In this document: positions 17,622-24,725 of the stretch, one piece after another
How the letters are laid out: every line of letters begins with the position of its first letter
How positions within the stretch are numbered: position 1 is the stretch's first letter
Source of the DNA: an uncultured Myxococcota bacterium
Lineage (GTDB): Bacteria; Myxococcota_A; Polyangia; Polyangiales; Houyiibacteriaceae
Assembly: GCA_964196015.1 (NCBI GenBank)
Contig: CAXMRM010000213.1
Location: 1-36,918 of the forward strand
DNA length: 36,918 nucleotides
Reading direction: 5' to 3'
Translations under genes and position numbers: made by a program
Notes under the pieces: generated by a model
Databases searched by the model: none
Seen by the model: the letters and a program-made list of their open reading frames with translations, nothing else
What the model was told of the DNA's origin: nothing

Positions 17622-18722
17622 ATGCCTGGTAGTACGTTCGGCCAAGCCTTCCGCGTGACCACGGCAGGTGAAAGCCACGGTCCGGCCAACGTGGTCATCA
17701 TCGACGGCTGTCCTCCGGGTCTTCCGCTTTCGGAGGAAGACATCATTCCGGATCTCGAGCGACGTCGTCCCGGGCAGAGCAAGATCGTCACCCAGCGAAA
17801 AGAACCCGACGCGCCCGAGATCCTGTCCGGTGTGTTCGAAGGCGAGACCACCGGCACGCCCATTGCGATCATCGTTCGCAACCAAGACCAGCGCTCGCGC
17901 GACTACACCAACATCAAGGACGTGTACCGGCCGGGGCACGCCGACTACACGTTCGACGCGAAGTTCGGTCGTCGCGACTACCGCGGAGGCGGCCGAAGCA
18001 GCGCCCGCGAGACCGTGGCGCGCGTCGCGGCGGGAGCGGTCGCGAAGAAGCTGATTTTACATGCATTCGGCGGCGAGGTGATCGGTTACGTGACGCAGGT
18101 CGGGGACATTGAGGCGACGATTTCCCCCGTAGTGACCCTCGAACAGGTCGAAACGCTCCCCGATGGCGAGCCGAACATCGTTCGCTGCCCCGACGCGGCC
18201 GCGGCGGCACGGATGGTCGCGCTCATCGAGAAGATGCGAAAAGATCAGGACTCGATCGGAGGCGTCGCCGAAATCGTCGCGCGCAACGTGCCCGCGGGCT
18301 TGGGCGAGCCGGTGTTCGACAAGCTCAAGGCCGACCTCGGCAAGGCCTTGTTCAGCCTTCCCGCCGTGTTGGGGGTCGAGTATGGCGCAGGCTTTGCCGT
18401 CGCTACGGCGCGTGGCAGTGACAACAACGATGCGTTCGAGACCGACGCCGAGGGCAATATCCGCACACGCTCCAATCGCCACGGCGGCATGCTGGGCGGG
18501 ATCTCCAGCGGGATGCCGATCGTACTCCGCGCCGCCGTGAAGCCGACCAGCAGCCTTCCGCGTAGCCAAGACACGGTGACTTCGAGCGGAGACGCGACCA
18601 CGATCCGCACGACGGGCCGTCACGACCCGTGCTTGCTGCCGCGGTTCATTCCGATGGGCGAAGCGATGGTCGCGCTAGTGCTTGCGGACCACTGGTTGCG
18701 CTGGCGGGCGATTCGCGACTAG
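17622..18722 (+). CDS. aroC: chorismate synthase
   Basis: [37 protein letters not shown] and GGISSGMPI are canonical AroC signatures. Confidence 0.96.
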   Translation: MPGSTFGQAFRVTTAGESHGPANVVIIDGCPPGLPLSEEDIIPDLERRRPGQSKIVTQRKEPDAPEILSGVFEGETTGTPIAIIVRNQDQRSRDYTNIKDVYRPGHADYTFDAKFGRRDYRGGGRSSARETVARVAAGAVAKKLILHAFGGEVIGYVTQVGDIEATISPVVTLEQVETLPDGEPNIVRCPDAAAAARMVALIEKMRKDQDSIGGVAEIVARNVPAGLGEPVFDKLKADLGKALFSLPAVLGVEYGAGFAVATARGSDNNDAFETDAEGNIRTRSNRHGGMLGGISSGMPIVLRAAVKPTSSLPRSQDTVTSSGDATTIRTTGRHDPCLLPRFIPMGEAMVALVLADHWLRWRAIRD

Positions 18723-18976
18723 CTCGCGAACTGCCAAGCGATAATCGCGATGGCTGCAGTGACGAGAACGGCGGCCCAAAGGAGGCCGCCGCCTCTTGCG
18801 CCTTTTGCGTCTTTTGGATCGTCGGAGCCCACCGCTCGACGGAAGCCATGGATCATGTTTCCCATCACGCCGGTGGTGTGTCCGCCGCCAAGCGCGCTGC
18901 CCGGAGCGTGACCCTTCTTCTCTCGCTTCTTCGTGCTGGAACTCTTCTTCTGATATCGCTTCGACATTCGAATCAT
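18719..18976 (-). CDS. small basic tail-anchored membrane protein (85 aa), hypothetical
   Basis: ATG 18976 lies 1 nt after the TAA of the upstream cytochrome gene. Lys/Ser-rich N terminus ([21 protein letters not shown]), a Gly/His-rich middle, and a single C-terminal TM ([17 protein letters not shown]). GC3 by hand count is only about two thirds, so coding status is uncertain. Confidence 0.4.
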   Translation of the reverse strand: MIRMSKRYQKKSSSTKKREKKGHAPGSALGGGHTTGVMGNMIHGFRRAVGSDDPKDAKGARGGGLLWAAVLVTAAIAIIAWQFAS

Positions 18977-18977
18977 C

Positions 18978-21155
18978 TTATCCGGGATCGACGTCCGCGT
19001 GAATCGCTTTTCTCGGAGGTACGAGGGTGTAGTGTGGTATCGGCTGCCTGTCTCGGCGGCACCTCCGGTGTTCTTTCTCACAAGCTCCGAGGAGTTGCGG
19101 CTGAGCGTCCGGGGCCCGGTGGGCAAGCCAACGGTCTTTCGCGCGCGCTGCATCAGGGCGGCCGAGGCTTCCGAGCGCGAGAGCGCGGCTCCTCAGCAAA
19201 CCCTCGTCGCGCGGGGCGAGACGGAGGCCAGCGTCGGCTGCGGAGAGGGCGTTCTGGTCGTCCGAGAGACTGCCGTACGCCCGAGCGAGGTCTCGCCAGG
19301 CGCGCCAATCAAGGGGAGAGGCTTCGGCGACCCGTCGGTACGCCTTAGCGGCTTCGGTCCATCGCCATACCCGGGCGTACGCGTTGCCCCGTACGCGATC
19401 GAGCACGGGGTTCGGTCCGATCAGCGCTTCGGCCCGTTGCGTGAACGCAACTGTTTCATTCGGTCGTCCTTGCGTCGACGAGAGACGTGCGCGCAATACC
19501 AGCGCCAGCGCCTCTTGGAGCGGCGACTCGGCTTCGCGGGCCAAGCGCAGGGCGCGATCGATGCTCGGCCTGGCCACTTGCACGTGCTCCTGCTTGGCGT
19601 GAAGGAGCGCGAGGGCCTGCGTGAGCAGTCGCTCGACTGCGGGCCGCGCGGCGCCCCCTAACGGTTCTTGGTCAGCCGCGCCACGCCCCATCCACACCGT
19701 CGCGGCACCTACCTCGGTCACGGGTTGCTCCATGCACGGATCGAGAGCGACCTTGCCGTGCGTCTGGGCGCCCACTGCAAAGCCAACGCCTCGCTCGGTA
19801 CGGCTGGCTTCGCACGCGAACGCTTGAAACTTCAGGCTGTGCTTGCGGTGTAGCAATCGGGCGTCGACTCGCAGCGGGAGCTCGAGCCTACGTGGGAGCA
19901 TCATCGAGTAGCGAACCGCCTGTGCCTCGTGTGCGGGAAGCGTCCGATCGAACGCTGGCGCAGCGAAACGGTGTACCTGATGCAGGATCTCTGGATCGGC
20001 CGCCGCGTCGAGGATCGTCGCGCGCAGCACAAATACATCTTCGTTGCTGTCATCGGTCGGAAGCGACACTCCGAGCCGGTTGCCGGCCGCGTCACGGACC
20101 TCGACTTCGACCCACACGTCGTGCATGTCGCGCACGCCACCGGGGAAGCGGTGCCCGGCGCGCTCGTTTGCAAGCAGAACATCGAAGACCAAACGCTCGC
20201 CGCCCCGAAGGCGTGACTCCTCGGGCAGCACGTAGCGGCGCGGGCCCGCACGCACAGCACCGATGTCGACGGTCACCGCGCCTTCGAGCTCGTCGTTCGC
20301 TTGCCGGGCGTGCGTGGCGTCCGGCAACTGCGCCGCCATCGCGCTGTGAGATGCCGCCCAGCGATGACTGCTTACCCTTCCATCGCTTGCGCCCGCCATC
20401 TCGGCGTCGGATGCAGGCTCCGCGCCCATGTGGCAGCCCTGGCAGCTGCTTTCCTCGACCGAGGTGAGGTGATCTTGTACGGCGCCTGCAAATGCTGACG
20501 AGGCCCAGTCGCCCAGGTCATCGATGCCTGGCAGGTGGTTCTCGTTACCGATCGCAGGGCCAGAAAAGGACCGATGGCAAGCGCCGCATAGCGCAGCGGT
20601 CCGAAGGGGCTGCATCGTGAGGCGCGCCCGGTGGGCTTCGATCTCTTCAGGGCTTGCGGGATCGGGGAGCAGGACCGGCGCATCGCTGAGCGTGAAGCTC
20701 GCGTTGCCCTCGGGACGCGTCGACTCGATGCTGTGGCACACGAGGCAGGTGATGCCCGCGTACGCGAGCTCGTTGTCCGGCTCCACCTCCTCGTCCATGT
20801 CTCCGGATATCAGGAGAAGAGGGTCGTGGCAGCCGGCGCAGAATCGGCTCTCTTGCTTGCCCCGATGTGTGCGGAACTGATCCACGCTCGCGCGGTACCA
20901 GGGGTTGTCAAACGATGCATACGCGTGCGCGCTGTGCATCCAGTGGGAGGCGACGTCGGCGTGGCAGTCGGCACAGTCGCCGGTCTTGGCGAGCCTCGAC
21001 ACGTCCAGGGCCGGGGCAATCATCAACGATGGGTTCAGGGCGTGCCCGCTGGATCGGACCGGCTGAGGAGGCCCGTACGAGCATCCCGCGACGCAAAGAA
21101 GCACCCCCATGAACAGCCAGCGAGTCATGTTGTGTAGGACGTCCGACGCCCCCAT
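18978..21155 (-). CDS. multiheme (five CxxCH) c-type cytochrome lipoprotein fused to C-terminal TPR repeats
   Basis: Lipobox LLCVAGC. Heme motifs CADCH, CAGCH, CLVCH, CGACH and CQGCH. The middle domain contains GHRFPGG. The C-terminal third holds Ala/Arg/Leu-rich TPR-like repeats (AYARVWRWTEAAKAYRRVAEASP...). Alternative ATG start at 21128. Confidence 0.88.
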   Translation of the reverse strand: MGASDVLHNMTRWLFMGVLLCVAGCSYGPPQPVRSSGHALNPSLMIAPALDVSRLAKTGDCADCHADVASHWMHSAHAYASFDNPWYRASVDQFRTHRGKQESRFCAGCHDPLLLISGDMDEEVEPDNELAYAGITCLVCHSIESTRPEGNASFTLSDAPVLLPDPASPEEIEAHRARLTMQPLRTAALCGACHRSFSGPAIGNENHLPGIDDLGDWASSAFAGAVQDHLTSVEESSCQGCHMGAEPASDAEMAGASDGRVSSHRWAASHSAMAAQLPDATHARQANDELEGAVTVDIGAVRAGPRRYVLPEESRLRGGERLVFDVLLANERAGHRFPGGVRDMHDVWVEVEVRDAAGNRLGVSLPTDDSNEDVFVLRATILDAAADPEILHQVHRFAAPAFDRTLPAHEAQAVRYSMMLPRRLELPLRVDARLLHRKHSLKFQAFACEASRTERGVGFAVGAQTHGKVALDPCMEQPVTEVGAATVWMGRGAADQEPLGGAARPAVERLLTQALALLHAKQEHVQVARPSIDRALRLAREAESPLQEALALVLRARLSSTQGRPNETVAFTQRAEALIGPNPVLDRVRGNAYARVWRWTEAAKAYRRVAEASPLDWRAWRDLARAYGSLSDDQNALSAADAGLRLAPRDEGLLRSRALALGSLGRPDAARAKDRWLAHRAPDAQPQLLGACEKEHRRCRRDRQPIPHYTLVPPRKAIHADVDPG

Positions 21156-21171
21156 TCGGATCTGATTCTTT

Positions 21172-21993
21172 TTAGAGAGTGCCCAGGCTCACGAAAATCT
21201 GCGTGAGGAGCGCATCGGCCATCAAAATGCTGATCGACACGACCACGACGGCGCGCGTGGTCGACCGGCCGACGCCCTCCGTCCCTCCGCGGGTTTGCAA
21301 GCCGAAGTAGCACCCTAGAAGGGCGATCAAGAAACCGAAGAACGGCGTCTTGGCGACGCCACTGATGAAGTCGTTGAGACGCAGACTGTCGAGTGCCGTG
21401 GAGTAAAAGAACTCCATCGGAATCCCATAAGACAACGCGGCGACGAACATCGAGCTGACCATCCCCAAGAGGAACGCGATGAAGGTGATCAAGGGCATGA
21501 TGACGATACAGGCGATCAGTCGCGGCACGACGAGCTTGCGGATTGGGTCGGCGCCCAAGGCTCGGATCGCGTCCACTTGCTCGGTGACCGTCATCGAACC
21601 GAGCTCCGCCGCAATCCCTGCCGCGATCCGGCTGCCGACAACCAGCGCCGTCAACGAGGGCGCGAGCTCACGCGCTTCGGAAACCGCGATGACACGGCCG
21701 AGGGTGTCTTTGGCGCCGAAGGCTTCCATGGACACCGCAAACTGAATGGTCATGACGATGCCGACGAAGATCGCGGTGGCGGCCGCGATCGCTAGGCTTC
21801 GCACGCCGAGCTGCTCGAGCTGATAGATGAACTCGGCGGTATCGAACCGCGTGGTGAACAGCGTGCGGAAGGTGCGCCCCGCCAGAAGCGTCGAGTCGCC
21901 GACCTCCTCGACGAACACCCGAAGGCGTCGGATCTGAGAGTCGGCCCAAGTCGTGAGGTTTCGAGGCTGTGTGGATGGCGCCCCGGAGGTCAC
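21172..21993 (-). CDS. mlaE: MlaE-family ABC transporter permease
   Basis: The conserved run ...QLEQLGVRSLAIAAATAIFVGIVMTIQ...REL APSLTALVVGSRIAAGIAAELGSMTVTEQVDAIRALGADPIRKLVVPR... is typical of MlaE/TTG2B permeases. Confidence 0.9.
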   Translation of the reverse strand: MTSGAPSTQPRNLTTWADSQIRRLRVFVEEVGDSTLLAGRTFRTLFTTRFDTAEFIYQLEQLGVRSLAIAAATAIFVGIVMTIQFAVSMEAFGAKDTLGRVIAVSEARELAPSLTALVVGSRIAAGIAAELGSMTVTEQVDAIRALGADPIRKLVVPRLIACIVIMPLITFIAFLLGMVSSMFVAALSYGIPMEFFYSTALDSLRLNDFISGVAKTPFFGFLIALLGCYFGLQTRGGTEGVGRSTTRAVVVVSISILMADALLTQIFVSLGTL

Positions 21994-22505
21994 GGCTGAC
22001 CCGTCCTCGTCATGAATCCGGCGAGCATGCCGTCAAAATCCGCCAACGTCTCATCGAAGCTCGGTCCGGCTGGCGTAATCAAGCCAAAGTCGTAGACGCA
22101 GTCGTCCTTTTTCAGGATCTGCAGGAGGATGTCGCGTGGCACGCCGTCGAGCTTGGCGGTGAAGTGCGTGCGGAGAGCCTCACGGCCGTTCATCGGGACG
22201 ACCTCTTCTTCGATGACCTCACGCTCGGTGAATCCGATCATCAGGTGACTACGGAGGGCAGTCAGTGGGATGTCGAGGCCGGGGTCGCAGTCGGAGTCGA
22301 CGTGCATGACCGCTCCCTTGGCCTCGTTGTGCCAGGCCAGGTCGTTCTGCTTGTTGACCGTGACGGCTGTCCAGTCCGAGCTGACTGGGCCGATTTGATA
22401 GGAGGTCTGCTCGCCCCGGTAGACGCTGTTCTGCAGTGCGCCGGCCGTGGCACACCCCATCACAATCAGGCTCAAAAAGAGCCAGGTTCCCAGCCGCCGC
22501 CTCAC
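21990..22505 (-). CDS. lipoprotein of unknown function (first gene of the mlaE operon)
   Basis: GTG 22505. Signal peptide with lipobox LIVMGC. A 171-aa soluble domain with no recognisable motif. Its stop overlaps the mlaE start by 4 nt. Confidence 0.7.
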   Translation of the reverse strand: MRRRLGTWLFLSLIVMGCATAGALQNSVYRGEQTSYQIGPVSSDWTAVTVNKQNDLAWHNEAKGAVMHVDSDCDPGLDIPLTALRSHLMIGFTEREVIEEEVVPMNGREALRTHFTAKLDGVPRDILLQILKKDDCVYDFGLITPAGPSFDETLADFDGMLAGFMTRTGQP

Positions 22506-22513
22506 TGCGGCAG

Positions 22514-22541
22514 ACTCTAGCAGGCCCGGCTTTCTTGTCGA
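22514..22541 (-). promoter_or_regulatory. sigma70-like promoter of the lipoprotein-mlaE-cytochrome operon
   Basis: On the minus strand: TCGACA (22541-22536), 16 nt, TAGAGT (22519-22514), then 8 nt to GTG 22505. Confidence 0.35.
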
Positions 22542-22602
22542 TTTCCACTTTTGGGGGATGCAGCGAGCCGGTCGTGATTTGGTCGGCTAGACTGTAGAGA
22601 TT

Positions 22603-24660
22603 GTGAGTCGGGGGGCCTTGCCAGAACAGTCCGCACGGACCCGTGGCGTTGCGATTTTAGATCGCCTCGTCGTGGAGGGACAGGTGTCCCCGAGCCTTTA
22701 TGACGAGGTGCTCATCCACGCCCAGCGGACGGAGTCGACGGCCGAAGAGGCGATTCTACAGCTCGGCCTCATGAGCGAGGGCGAGCTCTTGAAGTACATC
22801 GCCGGCCTCTACCGGACCCGGTTCGTGGGATCCGACCGGCTGGCCAAGGCGGCGGTCGACCCGGCGCTTCTGAAGAAGGTGCCCCGCAAGCTCGCCAAAC
22901 GGCTCACAGCGTTCCCGATTCTGTACGACACGCGGAGCCGGACACTGTCGGTCGTCGCCGCAGACGTCACCGACGACGATGTGCGTCAGCAGATGCAGTT
23001 CGCAACCGGCGCGCGAGACGTGAAGGTCTACGTGGCACGTGAGGCCGCCATTCGCGCTGCGATCGCCAAGCACTACGACCAGGACAACCGTCCGTTCGAG
23101 ATGTTGCTGAGCGGCGCCTCGTCGCGGCAGGTCCTCTCGTCCCGCGAGTCGGATCCCGTCCCGGGTTGGGGCCAGGTCTTCGACGACAAGGACGGGCTCT
23201 TGGTTCGCCGACGGCGGGCACAATCGATCGAGATGGACCAGGCGGCGAACGATCAGCTGCTGGAGCGCGAGTCCGAAGAGCCACCGCCACAGACGCAGCC
23301 GAGGGTTTCCGCCGGCCACACGCTCATCGAGCAACTTTCGGCGCCGTCGCAGGGAGACGATCTTGCCGTCGATCCCCAGATCTACCTCGAAACACTGAAC
23401 GTCCTCGTGACGCTGATCGAGCAGCTCAATCAGGACCGCGGCGGGCATTCCATGCGCGTCGCGCTTGTTTGTCAGCAGGTCGGAGAGCGGATTCGACTCA
23501 CCAAGGCTCAGGTTCAGGGCATCTTGATCGCCGCGTACCTGCATGACGTCGGCGTTTCATCCGATTCGCACGTCACGCCATTCGACGTGGCGCTCGACGA
23601 GACCAAGCGCGAGGTCGCGCGGCGAATCTATACCGCGCCCATTCGGCTCCTCGAGTCGGTGGCTCTGCCGAAAACCGCGGTTGATGCGCTTCGCCACCGC
23701 TACGAGCGCTTCGACGGAAAGGGCTTCCCAGAGCGCTTGAGCGGCAAGGATATTCCGTTGGGCGCCCGCGTTCTTGCGGTCGTCGAGAGCTACATCGACC
23801 TGACGCAGACCCAGGCCAACGCTCTGGGGCGGCGCGTTCCCGCGCAGGAAGCCTGCGACGCGCTGGATCCTCACAAGGGAACGACCTTTGATCCATCCGT
23901 CGTCGACTGGCTGCGACACATCGTTCTCGACGAAGGGATGCAGACCCAGATTCTGTCCGCGCGCCATCGCGCGCTGATCGTCGATCCCGACCCGGAGGAA
24001 ACCTCGGTACTCGAGGTTCAGTTTGCAGGGCAGGGTTACGAGGTCACGATCGAGCGTTCGGTCGAGGGTGCGCTTCGGTGCCTGGACGCCGAGAAGTACG
24101 ACGTGGTCCTAAGCGAGGTGCGTTTGTCCGACGGCCAAGGCTTCGACCTTCTATGTCGCATGCGCGAAAGCTCGCACGCGCAGGTGCCGTTGATGTTCGT
24201 CACGTCTGAGCGTGCCCAGTCTTCCGTCAACCGCGGGCTTGAGCTCGGGGCAGCGGACTACGTTGTGAAGCCGGTGTCAGCGGCAGTGGTCGCGGCCAAG
24301 GCCAGCCGCATCATCGCAGACAACGGCACCAAGAAGCCCGGCGGGCGCGGCGTGTCTGGCTCGCTGCAAGAGATGGCGCTCCCCGACTTGATTCAGGTTC
24401 TCACCAACGGCCGAAAGAGCGGCCGTCTCAAGGTGCGTAGCGGGCCGTTGCAGGGCGAGATGATGTTCCAGGACGGCTCGATTCACGACGCGCGCTTCGG
24501 CGATCTCGCCGGGGCTGAGGCGGTTTATGGGATCCTTCGGCTAACGGAGGGGGATTTCGCGCTCGAGCCTGGGACGACGCCAGTCGAGGATGTCATCGGA
24601 GTTCCGGCCCACCACCTGCTGCTCGAAGCGATGCGCCGCCTCGACGAAGAGCAGCGGTAG
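22603..24660 (+). CDS. multidomain signalling protein: T2SSE_N/MshEN-like, degenerate HD-GYP, receiver (Asp replaced by Glu), DUF4388
   Basis: The N-terminal LDRLVVEGQVSPSLYDEVLIHAQ... region resembles a GspE-N domain. HD domain: HSMRVA...AAYLHDVG...RYERFDGKGFPERLSGKDIPLGARVLAV. CheY-like domain: ALIVDPDPEE...DVVLSEVRLSDGQG...MFVTSE...YVVKP. C-terminal GSLQEMALPDLIQVLTNGRKSGRLKV...FQDGSIHDA...GAEAVYGIL matches DUF4388. Confidence 0.88.
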   Translation: MSRGALPEQSARTRGVAILDRLVVEGQVSPSLYDEVLIHAQRTESTAEEAILQLGLMSEGELLKYIAGLYRTRFVGSDRLAKAAVDPALLKKVPRKLAKRLTAFPILYDTRSRTLSVVAADVTDDDVRQQMQFATGARDVKVYVAREAAIRAAIAKHYDQDNRPFEMLLSGASSRQVLSSRESDPVPGWGQVFDDKDGLLVRRRRAQSIEMDQAANDQLLERESEEPPPQTQPRVSAGHTLIEQLSAPSQGDDLAVDPQIYLETLNVLVTLIEQLNQDRGGHSMRVALVCQQVGERIRLTKAQVQGILIAAYLHDVGVSSDSHVTPFDVALDETKREVARRIYTAPIRLLESVALPKTAVDALRHRYERFDGKGFPERLSGKDIPLGARVLAVVESYIDLTQTQANALGRRVPAQEACDALDPHKGTTFDPSVVDWLRHIVLDEGMQTQILSARHRALIVDPDPEETSVLEVQFAGQGYEVTIERSVEGALRCLDAEKYDVVLSEVRLSDGQGFDLLCRMRESSHAQVPLMFVTSERAQSSVNRGLELGAADYVVKPVSAAVVAAKASRIIADNGTKKPGGRGVSGSLQEMALPDLIQVLTNGRKSGRLKVRSGPLQGEMMFQDGSIHDARFGDLAGAEAVYGILRLTEGDFALEPGTTPVEDVIGVPAHHLLLEAMRRLDEEQR

Positions 24661-24691
24661 CACCCGGCCAGGTGTTCAGCGGGCCGCTAGT

Positions 24692-24719
24692 TTGAGCCCG
24701 GCACGGCCTGGGATATGCT
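24692..24719 (+). promoter_or_regulatory. sigma70-like promoter of the kinase-STAND-TPR gene
   Basis: TTGAGC (24692-24697), 16 nt, TATGCT (24714-24719), then 6 nt to GTG 24726. Confidence 0.35.
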
Positions 24720-24725
24720 GCAGAC

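Noticed and set aside
18629-19348. A 239-aa plus-strand ORF spanning the aroC end and the cytochrome 3' region.
   Set aside because: It overlaps aroC, the small minus-strand ORF and the TPR region. The translation is Arg/Gly/Ser-rich and has no support.
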